A DNA stretch of 64,000 nt, from the NCBI RefSeq assembly GCF_963921235.1, contig NC_086097.1:39992001-40056000 (forward strand), in the 5' to 3' direction. The position numbers and the translations under genes are program-made. The notes beneath the pieces are model-generated. The model ran no database searches, was not told the DNA's origin, and saw nothing but the letters and a program-made list of their open reading frames with translations. Below, piece after piece: positions 1 to 11,318 of the stretch; position 1 is the first letter of the stretch; every line of letters starts with the position of its first letter. The DNA is from Mobula hypostoma (lineage: Eukaryota).

Positions 1-278
1 TTAAGGTGAGAGGGGCTAAGGTTAAAGCAGATGATATGCAGGGCAAGTTTTTTTTTTGTACAGAGTTGTGGGTGTTTGGAATGTGCTGCCTGGAGTGGTG
101 TTGGAGGCAAAAATAATGGAGGCACTCTCAATTTCTTAGATAGGCCTGTAAATGTGCAGGATATGGAAGGATATGGACATTGTGTAGACAGAAGGGATTA
201 GTTTAGTTGGGCATCTGATTACTGATCTAATTAACAGCTTGGGCCAAAGGATCTATTCTCATGCTGAGGTGTTCTACA
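1..278 (+). mobile_element. CR1 LINE 3' fragment (ORF2 end + 3' UTR)
   Basis: LKVRG...GKFF-type ORF2 terminus; 3' UTR GGGCCAAAGG...GCTG..GTGTTCTA shared with other CR1 copies in the window. Confidence 0.8.
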
Positions 279-280
279 AT

Positions 281-813
281 TGGTGGCCACTTTATTAGGT
301 ACGCCTGCTCGGTAATGCAAATATCTAATCAGCCGATCATGTGGCAGCAACTCCATGCATAAAGCATGCAGACATGGTCAAGAGACTCAGTTGCTGTTCA
401 GACCCAATGTCAGAATGGGCCAAAAATATGATCTAAGTGACTTTGACAATGGAATTATTGTTGGTGCCAGATAAGGTGGTTTGAATGTCTTAGAATCTGT
501 TGATCTCCTGGGATTTTCACACACAACATTCTCTAGAGTTTACAGAAAATGGTGTGAAAAACAAAAAGAAAATCCAATGAGTGGCATTTCTGTGGATGAA
601 TACACCGTGTTAATGAAAGAGGTAAGAGGAGAAAGGCCAGACTGGCTCCAGCTAACAGGAAGGCGACAGTAACTCAAATAATCATGCATTATAGCAGTGG
701 TGTGCAGAAGGGAATCTCTAAATGTACAACATATCGAACTTTGAATTGTATAGGCTACAGCAGCAAAGACCACAAACATACACTCAGTGGCTATTTTATG
801 AGTTACTGGAGGT
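281..813 (+). mobile_element. Non-autonomous Tc1/mariner element with truncated transposase N-terminus
   Basis: TIR GTGGCCACTTTATTAGGTAC; from ATG 415 MGQKYDLSDFDNGIIVGAR*GGLNVLESVDLLGFSHTTFSRVYRKW (Tc1 paired-like HTH); second TIR-like copy at ~781-813. Confidence 0.85.
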
Positions 814-917
814 ATATTGTTCTGAGTACATGTTCTATGTTCAAAGCCTCATTTGCTGGTTTGCAAGTTGTGTGTTTGTGAAGTTGGTATGACCTGTAAT
901 TATAAACAGATGATATT

Positions 918-1040
918 CTGCAGATACTTGAAATCCAGAGTAACACACACAAAAGGCTGGAGGGAACCAGCAGGCCAGGCAACATCTATGAAAAAGAATA
1001 AAGAGTTGACATTTTGGACTGAGACCCTTCATCAGGACTT
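918..1040 (-). mobile_element. Penelope-like terminal repeat fragment with degenerate hammerhead core
   Basis: Minus strand 1039-1004 reads AGTC-CTGATGA-AGGGTCTCAGTCC-AAAAT-GTC (GAAA mutated); body matches other copies in the window. Confidence 0.7.
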
Positions 1041-1891
1041 GTAATTATAACAGATTGTGCAAAATATTTATTGTTGAAACCTTATTTGTCAATAAAGATC
1101 TCTCTATTGAAATTTGCAGCATAAGCCTACCAGATATTGAGACATGTTGTGTGTGGACTGGTGACTAACTCCTCAGGTGTCTTCAATAACTAAATGATTC
1201 ATGATAGGGGAAGAGAGTGCATTTTACCACTCTGAGGGACCAGAAGTTCTTCACCATGATTTTCACCCTTATTAATTTTAAGAATAATTTCTCTTTTCCT
1301 GGTCTTCTTTGCCCTCCTCCTGTTTCCTATCCTCACGCACTGTAATGAACCTGCAGAAAAGGAGACAATAAAACAGAGGGAAAAGTGACAGGATTAAAGA
1401 GGCAGAGAAAGGAGAAGATTATGACCAGAAGCAGTTACATGATAAACACACAGCTGTGCAACTTTTAGACTCTTCCACCAACTTTGTACTTTCCTGTGTC
1501 AAGACTACCATGCCTCAGCAACCCCTCCACATCAGGAATAAGACAGCAGTGACAGAGAAGACTGCTCAATTGCTCTGTCTCCTGTGGGTTTTGTGGCGGT
1601 GAGATTAAGTGAATTAGGTGAAAGCTAGTAAATCTGCGCTGTCTCAGACATGAATCAGTGAAAAGATGAAAGATCTCTGAAAGTAAAACATTATTACTGT
1701 GGAAGGCTTTACTGCTTACAGGGGATGTTGTAAAACAGTGAGAAGGTTTTGTGGCACAGTTATTGTATGGTGCTGTGTGGAATGTTAGTTGGACTTCTCT
1801 AGGAAGAAAGATTAGAGTAAACCTTACTGCCTTTACTTTTAAGAAAGAAAAGAATAATGCTTGAAATACCAATACGGTCAGCCAATGTATA

Positions 1892-2385
1892 CCCTCAGTA
1901 GGCACGTTATTAGATACCTCCTGTACCTAATAAAGTGCCATTGAGTGTATATTTGTGGTCCTCTGTTGCCGTAGCTCATCCACTGCAAGTTTAATGTGTT
2001 GTACATTCAGAGGTGCTTTCCTACCCATCACTGTTGTAATGTGTGGTTATATGATTTACTGTCGCTTTCCTGTCAACTTGAACCAATCTGGCCATTCCCC
2101 TCAAACTTCTCTCACGAATGAGGCATTTTTGCCCAAAAAGCAGGATTTCTTTTTTGCTTTTTTGTGCACCATTCTCTGTAAACTCTAGAAACTGTGTGTG
2201 TGTGTGAAAGTCCTAGGATATCAGCAGTTCTTCCCCAATCTGTTGTTTGGTCTGAGCAATAGCTGAACCTCTTGACTATGTCTGCACGCTTTTATGGATT
2301 GCGTTGATGTCAAATGATTGGGTGATTGAATACTGGCATTACCAAGCAGGTGTACAGGTGTACCTAATAAATTGGCCACTAGGTG
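1892..2385 (-). mobile_element. Non-autonomous Tc1 element, TA-flanked, same family as 281-813
   Basis: TA at 1890-91 and 2386-87; TIRs at both ends; reverse-complement similarity to 281-813. Confidence 0.85.
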
Positions 2386-4036
2386 TATGTCAAGAGAGAA
2401 ATAGAGGCAGAGTCATAGAACACTACACTACAGCATAGAAACAGGCCCTATGTTTCATCTAGACCTTGTTTCATCTAGATCTTTTGCCTTTTGCCCATTT
2501 ACCTGCGCCCAGATCATGTACCTCCAAATCCCTTCCATCAATGTAACTATCCAAACTTCTACTAAATTTTACAATTGAACCTGCATTTAGTACTTTCACT
2601 GGCAGTACTTCCCACAGTCATACCATCCTCTGAGTGGAGAAGAGTCCTCTCTGATCCCCCTTAAATATTTCACTTTTTATCCTAAATCTATGACCTCTAG
2701 TTCTAGTCTGATGTAACTTGAGGGGAAAAGTCTGCATACACTTACCCTTTCTATACCTCTCATAATTTTGTGCACTTCCATCAAATCTCCCCTCCTTTTC
2801 CTACATGCCAGGAAATGAATGTCTTAACCTATTCAACCTTTTCCTACAGTATAACTCAGGTCCTGGTAAATTTTCTCTGCACTCTTTCAATCTTATTGAT
2901 GTCCTTCCTGTAGGTAGGTGACCAGAACTGCACACAAATTTCCAAATTCGGCCTCACCATCGTCTTATACAACTTCAACATAACACCCAAACTCCTGTAC
3001 TCAGTGTCCTGATTTATGAAGGCTAATGTGCTAAAGATCTCTTTAGCAACCTTAGCATAATTCCACTTTCAAGGAATTATGGATCCATATTCCTAGGCCT
3101 CTTTGTTCTATGTCACACCTCAGAGCTCTGCTATTGTAAGTCCTACCCTGGTTTGTCCTCTCAGAGGGACACACATTACACTTGTTTGCATTAAATTCTA
3201 TCTGCCGTTTTTCATCTCCCAATTTCCCTGCTAGTCCAGATCACTTGAAGCTTTGATAGCCTTCCTCGCTGTCGACCACACCCCCAATCTTAGTGTGATC
3301 CACAAATTTGCTGATCTATTTTACTACATCATCATCTAAATCATTAATATAGATGACGAACAGCAACAAACCCAGCACTAATCCTGCGGCTCGCCACTAG
3401 TTACATGTTTCCAGTCAGAGACAACAATCAGCTATCACTCTCTGGCTTCCCTTGCTAAGTCAATATTGGCTCCAGTTGGCTACTTCATCCTGAATGCTAA
3501 GTAACTTAACCTTATGGACTACCCTCCCATGTGGTACTTAGTCAAAAGCCTTACTAAAGTTCATAAAGACAATGTTCACTGCCTTTCCTTTATCAGCTTT
3601 TCTGGTAATCACCACAATAAACTTTATAAGATTGGTTTGACATGACCTACCATGAACAAAGCTATGTTGACAATCTCTAATCTGCCCTTGTCTATTGAAA
3701 TACTTATATATCCTGTCGCTTAGAATACTTTCAATATTTTTCCTATGACTGACATCAGGCTCACCGGCCTACACTTTCCCAGTCTATTCTTAGAGCCTTT
3801 CTTGAACAATGGAACATCATTAGCTTTCCTCCAGTCCGCTTGCACCTCACCCATGTTTTAAATACCTCTGCTAGTGCCCTTGCAATTTCTGCATTAGCCT
3901 ACTACAAGGTGTAAGGAAACACCTGGTCAATCCCTGGGAATTTATCCACCCTAATTTGCTTCAAGATATTAAGCACTTCCTCTTGTGTAATCCGAATGTA
4001 GTCCATGACCTCTCTACTGTTTTGTCTCAGCTCAAT

Positions 4037-4974
4037 GGTTCAAAGGTTCAACTTAATATCAAAGAATTTATACAATATGCAACCTGAAATCCTTTGTCAC
4101 AGTCCCAACTGTTAATTCCCCATTTTCTCCTAATTCCCTTTGATTGTGCCACGGTTCCAACCGTGAATTCCCCATTTTCTTCCCATTCCCTTTGATGACG
4201 ACACACCTGGTTTTCATCAAGACCTGCAGCATAAGAACCCTGGCTTTGAACCCACTAGTTGCCAAATCATTGGTTTTGCCAGAGTGGTAATTAACGTTTT
4301 GCTTCAGTACCGAATTTATCTGTGAAACTCAGTCTCTCTGCGTCAAGATCAGTTTTCTTAAGTTCTACTCCAGTTCCAAGGTTTATGTCTGAAACCCAGT
4401 CTCTCCATGTCAAGATAAATTCTGCCAGTCTCCCACCTTCCTGCTCTCCCTCCTGTTTGCTGTTCAACGCTCATGCTTGCGACTGCATCCTAACTAAATC
4501 TCCATGTCTGTGTCCTGCGCTTGGGTTTGCCTCATTCGTTGCAACACCCTTACTCTTCGCAGACATCCAAAATAGAGAAAAAAAAAACCCAAGGAAAGAA
4601 TGACAGAAAAATGTTGGAGCCCCAAAGCCCACCTCCCCCTTCACACACACAAGCAGCAGCAAAACATCAACACCCCCCACCACTCATCCCACTTACTCCA
4701 GCAAAAACATCAAACCCTCCCCACCATGCAAGCAATAGCAAAACACCCAGAGACCATGATCTAGAGTCCACCAAAAACTACTGTCCATCCCAATACTTTG
4801 GCGTCTCAGAGAGGCTCTCTTTCCCACTAGCAAAGGAGAGAGAGCTATCACTCCTGTCCAAAGTAAGAGGGGAGACCAACAGCTTGCTGTTTCGATATTG
4901 GAATCTGCTGATTTGCTTGTCCGAATTCCCCTGACGAGGACAAGCAGACTCTCACTCACCAGCGAGAGAGAGAG
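4037..4974 (-). mobile_element. Non-autonomous retroelement with TTCAAAGG-type tail (probably Rex1/Babar-dependent), inserted in CR1
   Basis: Interrupts the CR1, which resumes at ~4975; tail GGTTCAAAGGTTCAA; terminus resembles 5985-6316 and 57846. Confidence 0.55.
4095..4546 (+). mobile_element. Solo LTR (Gypsy-like)
   Basis: TGTCAC...GCAACA termini; 5-bp TSD TCCTT (4090-94)/CCCTT (4547-51) with 1 mismatch; subterminal GCGCTTGGGT resembles GCATTTGGGT in the LTR at 32105-32409. Confidence 0.7.
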
Positions 4975-5984
4975 TTCCATAGACTCACACTCTGAGGAAA
5001 TACAGATGCAGCAAATCCATTTAAGATCTCCCCTCTCTCTTTCAGGCACACGCGTAGATGACCACAGTGATTTTCAAGTGGATTATTTTTCCTTGTTACC
5101 CTTTTACTTTTAATATGTCTGTAGAAGCCTTTGGGATTCTCTTTCATCTTGCCTGGCAGAGCAACCTCATGCCTTCCTGAATACCCTTTTAAGTGTTCTC
5201 TTGGATTTCTTATTCTTCATCAAGTGCCTCATTTATTCTTTGCTGCAAAGACCTGCTATGCACCTCTTTCTTCTTAACCAGGTCCTCAATAACTCTCAAA
5301 AACCAAGGGTCCCTAAACCTGCTTGCCTTGCCTTTTTATATTAACAGGAAGATGCAAAGTCTGTTTTCTTGATATTTCACTTTTGATGGCTTCCCACTTA
5401 CCAAGCATCCCTTTGCCGGAAAACAGCCTGTCCCAATCCACACTTCCAGATCAGTTCTGATACCATTCAAATTGGCCTTTCTTCAATTTTGGTACTTAAA
5501 CCCAAGATCTTTCTCTATCTTTCTCGATAATTATCTTGAAATTATGATCACTAGATCTGAAGTGTTCCCCTAAACACACTTCTATAGGTAATAAATAGTG
5601 CCTTATTTATTCTTTGCTGCCTAGACCTACTATGCACCTCCTTCTTCTGCTTAACCATGTCCTCAATATCTCTCAAAAACCAAGGCTCCCTAAACCTGTT
5701 AGCCTTGCCTTTTTATACTAATAGGAAGATGCAAACCTGTTTTCTCGATATTTCACTTTTGATGGCTTCCCACTTACCAAGATCCCTTTGCTGGCACTTC
5801 TGTTACCAGCAAAAGAGGAGATTTAGTTTCACACTCCCTCTATTTGGAAGCTCTATATATTGATTAAGGAAATTTTCTTGAACATATTTGACAAACTCTA
5901 TCCCATTTGGTCCTTTTACTGAATGGGAGTCCCATCTAATATGTGGAAAGTTAAAACTTTCTATGATCAAAACCTTATTTTTCA

Positions 5985-6316
5985 AGCTTCAAAGGTTTAT
6001 TTATTATCAAGGTATACAACTCTGAAATTCTTCTTCTCCAGATAGCCACAACATCGAGAAAGCAAAGAATGGTACACAATCATCAATGACCAAATCCCCC
6101 ACTCCCGCACTAAAAAAGAGAAAGGTGGGCAAAAACACAGAATATAAAAAACCATAGGACTGAAAAAAAAGACCATAGTCCAAGTCCATGTCCAAAACGC
6201 AGAAAACCTAGATAACCTTCTCCTGGCACAGCGGCAGGCTGTCCCCTCTCCAACAGCAGAGCAATCTGACCAATGATGAAAAGGCAGTCTCTTATCACTT
6301 GCAGCAAAGTGATCCA
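5985..6316 (-). mobile_element. Non-autonomous retroelement 3' fragment inserted in CR1
   Basis: TTCAAAGG tail + TTTATT; CR1 continues on both sides; possible ATTTT TSD. Confidence 0.55.
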
Positions 6317-6810
6317 TTTTCTTACAACAGTTTGCTATCTCTCTATAAATTTGCTTATCGGAATCCCATTGATTAATATCATCCCATTAGCGCGGTTATC
6401 TCTTTCTTTTTCCTCAATTCCATCGCTATAGCCTTAGTAGACGAGCCTTCCAATCTGTCCCATCTGAGCACCGCAGTGAAATTTTTCCTGACAAATAATA
6501 CTACCCCTCCCCTCTTTAATAATTCCCCCCCACTGTCTAAAATAGCTCTCTCAGTTCTTGTATTTCTGTTCGAATTGTGTCCTATTGTTCATACTACCTC
6601 TTCTTATTTTCCTCTAGCTTGGGACATTAACATTTTTCTGTGGTAAATTCCATGGCCACTTATTTTTCCATTCTGCCTCTTCAAGTCTATTACTAAAGCA
6701 TTTTATAACATATTTATGAAACATCAGCTACATCAACCAATGTTTTCTCATCAGCTTCTCTATTATCTTATTACCGTTTGTAAATACACAATCAAAGTAG
6801 TTTAAAATGA

Positions 6811-6980
6811 CATACATCAAAGTTGCTGGTGAACGCAGCAGGCCAGGCAGCATCTCTAGGAAGACGTTTCAGGCAGAGACCCTTCGTCAGGACTAACTGA
6901 AGGAAGAGATAGTAAGAGATATGAAAGTGGGAGGGGGAGGGGGAGATCCAAAATGATAGGAGAAGATAGGAGAAGTTGTT
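6811..6980 (-). mobile_element. Young Penelope-like short insertion with hammerhead core
   Basis: 14-bp TSD GTAGTTTAAAATGA (6797-6810, 6981-6994); minus strand AGTC-CTGACGA-AGGGTCTCTGCCT-GAAAC-GTC. Confidence 0.8.
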
Positions 6981-7096
6981 GTAGTTTAAAATGATTTCAT
7001 TTTAACAAATCTCACTTTCCCCAATCAATCCTCTCTTGCCCAAATGAATGCTAATACTTCTCACTTTTCCAAAGTTAAACTGATGGGCCTGTTGTT

Positions 7097-7445
7097 ACCA
7101 TAAGATATAGGAGCAGAAGCAGGCCATTCGGCCCATCGAGTCTGCTCCGCTATTCAAACATGGCTGATCAATTCTTCCAGTCATCTCCACTCCCCTGCCT
7201 TCTCCCCAAACCCTTTGATGCCCTGGCTAATCAAGTACCTATCTATCTCTGCCTTAAATGCACCCAATGACTTGGCCTCCACAGCCACTCGTGGAAACAA
7301 AATCCATAGATTTACTGCCCTCTGACTATCTTTGTTCAAAATGGACATCCTTCTATCCTAAAGTAATGCCCTCTTGTCCTATATTCCCCTCCCATGGGAA
7401 ATAACTTTTCCATTTCTAATCTATTCAGGCCTTTTAACATTTAAA
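7097..7445 (-). mobile_element. CR1 3' fragment
   Basis: ACCATAAGATATAGGAGCAGAAGCAGGCCATTCGGCCCATC tail; VNLW..EAKSLGAFKAEIDR motif on minus strand. Confidence 0.85.
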
Positions 7446-8359
7446 CCAGTTTACAGCAAGGATGCAACGTTTTCCATTCTCCATTCCCCACGCGTCACAA
7501 AAACAATATTCCTGCAGGTTTTCTCCCTTGCTTTCTCAACAGTATCTTCTTATATTGATAACATCTTCCTTTACTGAGACTCCAGAAGTGCTTCCTCCCT
7601 CAATAACAACAAAAGTGAAGCTACCATTTATGATTTAGCTCTCATTTAGTCAAGCCTTCTCCGCATTCTTTTTTGTTCCTGTTTGGTCTCACAACATCTC
7701 TTTTGCCCATTGTAGAGATTTGGATTAACTAATTCTCTCTTCACATCCTTTTCTTCTTTCCACCTAATCATGCTGCAATTAACATGGTTCTCACTTGTTT
7801 ATTCAGTTTGATATATATTATGCGTCCTTTTTTACTGCTCTGTTTCCTTCTGTACAGTTTGGTCATCCAGGGAGCTTTGGCTTTCATTGTTCCACCTTAC
7901 TGAAAAGTGGTGATGTCTATAGCTTGTAACCAAACCATCTCCTCCATTATCACTATGGAGGAGTTGTATGGGCTTTGGTATAGCTGTGCCCTTTCCTCGC
8001 TTCTACGTATCTTTCCCAATTGTTGACAATAGGGGCGGCGAACATATGGTATGTATGCCCACGATGGAACTTGCAAAAATTCTGTTGGCATGCAGCACAC
8101 AGTCGTCTTAAGAGTTGAATTGGAAAATATTGAGGGAGATCAGTTAGTGATAAGATCGAAAAATCTATATTATGAGGTTTTGAGTCTCTGGAAATTCATT
8201 CTTGAAATGTTTAACTGCCTGAAACATTTTCATCTACATATTGAATCATTGTTTTCAATGATGGACTTGATCAAGTCTAATTATAGGAACACACTGTTAA
8301 AATTAATGCTACAGTCATATCTTTCAAAACAACCAAACACAAGCCAGATATAAAATACT

Positions 8360-9262
8360 ATAGGGGTGTAGTGGGCTGTAAGGGAGGCTATCAATATTTG
8401 CAGTGGGATATGGACCAGCTGCTAAAAAAAGGGCTGATAAATGGCAAAGGGAAATTAATGTAGATGTTGCATCTTGGGAGAACAAACCAGGGCAGGACAT
8501 ACCTGGTGAGTGGCAGAGCCGTAAGAAGTGCAGTAGAACAGAAAGATTTAGGAATACAGATCCATAGTTCATTGAACGTAGCATCACAGGTAGATAGGGT
8601 CATAAATAGAGCTTTTGTCACAGTGGACTTCATAAATCAAAGTATTAAGTACAGGAGTTGGGATGTTATGTTGACTTGTATAAGACATTGGTGTTGCCTA
8701 ATTTGGCATATAGTGTTCAGTTCTGGTCATCTACCTACAGGAAAGAAAGCAATAAAGTTGAAAGATGCGGAGAGAATTTACAAGAATTTTGTCAGGACTT
8801 GAGGACCCTATCTCATAATTTTATATACCTCTATCAAATCTCCCTTCATTCTCCAACTCTCTAGGAAATAAAGTTCTAACCTATTCAACCTTTGAGTAAA
8901 TGCAAGCAGGCTTTTTTTGCACAGAGGTTGGGTGAGACTGGAACTAGAAGGTCATGGATTGAGGGTGAAAGGTGAAATGTTTAAGGGGAATATGAGGGGG
9001 AACATCTTCACTTAGAGAGTGGTGAGTGGGCGGAATGAGTTGCCAGTGGAAGTGGTGGATATGGGTTTGATTTCAACATTTAAAAGAATTTCGACCACAA
9101 CCTGACGGCACTCAACAACAGCATCAACATGGATGAACACACAGATATGGAGGGCTGTTGTCCAGGTGCAAGTTGATGGGACTAGCCAGATTAATAGGTC
9201 AGCATGGACTAGAAGGGCTGAAGGCCTGTTTCTGTGCTGTGGTGTTCTATGAATCTATGACT
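8360..9262 (+). mobile_element. CR1 3' half fragment with internal micro-inversion
   Basis: MLHLGRTNQGRTY...EQKDLGIQIHSSLNVASQVDRV; LYKTLVLPNLAYSVQFWS; CR1 tail near 9250. Confidence 0.85.
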
Positions 9263-10340
9263 ATTTGTTATCGTTAGTGGAGCAACAAAAGTCTCACCGA
9301 GAATAGTGTGTTTATTTTCCTTTCCTGGATCTTTTATTCATATGCACCAAATTTCACCTTCCTTATGTTGCATGAGATATAATAACAATACTTCTTAGAA
9401 ATCATGTTATTTTTCAATAGTTTTTTTAAAAGGTTAATATTGATCATTTTTAATTAGATTTTCTGAAATTCTTCAGTTATTTCAATCTGGTGTTATACTT
9501 TAATTGTAAAATAGTGAATGCACATAAGGAACAGGACTCATCCTTTTTCTTTTTAAAATCCATAATTATTATTTCTAATTCATCAATCAATGATAATTTC
9601 TGCTCAAAATTACTACAGCATGTGAGAACTGTTTAGAAGATTATCACCAGTTTGGGTATCTGCTCTCAAAAAGGTTCTCCATCCCTGTTTGTCAGCCTAT
9701 AGAATAACCCTATAAATTAAATTTCACCCCTTGTTTTAATTCCAGCTGAACAGAATCTGTCCTTGGCCATTCCATCTCTAGCACTGCAATATTTTTCCTA
9801 ATTAATACAGCCAATCTTCTCCTTTATTCTTTTCCTATCCTTTCTGATTCCAGGAATACTTGTTCTTTTCTGTATCCATGTCATCATGATTGTCACAACA
9901 TCATAATCATATTTTATAATTGGCTAATTATATATGGCTAATTATACTGGAAGCTTCCAAAGCTAGTTTAACATGCTTCATGCCTTTATATACAGTAGGT
10001 GCAGAGGAAATTTATCTTACTTTTGTACTACCTCTTGGTCTTGTCCCATCTTAAATGACACTATTTATGCATTTGTTCGAACTACATAACCCAATCTTTT
10101 GCTCATCCTTTCAGTAATATTTCCTGGTGTTCAGGTATTTGCCAAATTGTTTAAATTTCATCCACAATGTAGTTAAATCCTCTCCCTTCAGATAAATTTA
10201 AAATCAAACTCTGCACTTATATGATGACCAGAATATAATTCTTTTGTAAATTAATTAGTTAATTGGTACCTTATAACCAAGTAATTGATGTATTGTTGGA
10301 AACTGAATGCACCTGACAATAGGATTTAGTGCCTGGTAGT

Positions 10341-10985
10341 GAATCAGAATCAGGATTGGATTTATTATCACTGATATAGGTTGTGAAATTTGTTGTTTTG
10401 CTGCAGCAGGACAGCACAATACATAAAAATTACAATTCTGTAGGTTACAATAAGAAATATGAAAATAAATAAATATTGCGAAAGTGCAAAATAATGAGGT
10501 AGGATTCATGGGTTCTTGCACCATTCAGAAATCGGTTGGCAGAGTGGAAGGAACTGTTCCTTAAATATTAAGTGTGCATTTTTAGGCACAAGTAACTCCT
10601 TCCTATGGCAGCAATGAGAAGAGGTTCTGATTGGTGAGGGAGGGGTCCTTAATGATGGGTGCCTCTTTTTTGAGGCATTGCTTTTTGAGGATGTCCTTGC
10701 TGGTGGGGACGCTAGTGTTCATGATGGAGTTGGCTGAATCTACAATCCTCCGCAGCTTTTTCAATCCTGTGCATTAGAGCTTCCATTACAGGTGGTGATG
10801 CAACCAGTCAGAATGTTCTCCATGGTACTTCTGTAGAAATTTGCTCAAGTCTTTGGTACATACAAAATCTCCTCAAACTCCTAATGAAGTATAACCACTG
10901 TCTTGCCTTATTTGTAATTGCATCAATATGTTGGGCTCAGATTAGATTGTCTCAGACGTTGATGCCCAGAAACTTTAAACAGATT
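10341..10985 (-). mobile_element. Rex1/Babar LINE 3' fragment
   Basis: GAATCA-repeat tail; minus strand resembles the Rex1 C-terminal region of 57846-58520. Confidence 0.7.
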
Positions 10986-11249
10986 CAGCCTTTTCATCTA
11001 TTCCAGAAGACAAGGATATCTCACTTCTTCTCCAATCTCTCTGAGCTGAACCCACTTAAATGATTTTTTTTTAATGAATACAAACCATGCCTCATTTTCT
11101 GCCAATACTTCAGGCAGTTTTTCCAAGCTTTCATTCTTGGGAAAGTAGTGATGACATTTTGCGTCGTCGGTCCAACTGTACGTTAATTCAATTTATGTAA
11201 TTTGTAGTCATTCCCAGTATAATACCATCATCCATATTTGTTGGGAAAT

Positions 11250-11318
11250 CTCAAGGACAACTAAGGATGGACAATAAATGCCGGCTAAGCCAGCGATGCC
11301 CACATCCCATAAATGAAT
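11250..11318 (+). mobile_element. Short LINE/SINE 3' terminal fragment
   Basis: AATAAA followed by GCCGGCTAAGCCAGC stem-loop and CCCACATCCCATAAATGAAT end. Confidence 0.45.

Larger units (their letters stand above)
2410..6545 (-). mobile_element. Decayed CR1 LINE ORF2 (endonuclease to RT to 3' UTR) with nested insertions
   Basis: Fragments MKENPKGFYRHIKSKR and FNFPHIRWDSHSVKGPNGIEFVKYVQENFLNQYI; CR1 3' tail near 2410. Confidence 0.85.

Noticed and set aside
1465..1905. 146-aa minus-strand ORF
   Set aside because: Starts inside a Tc1 TIR with a non-ATG codon; no recognisable domain.
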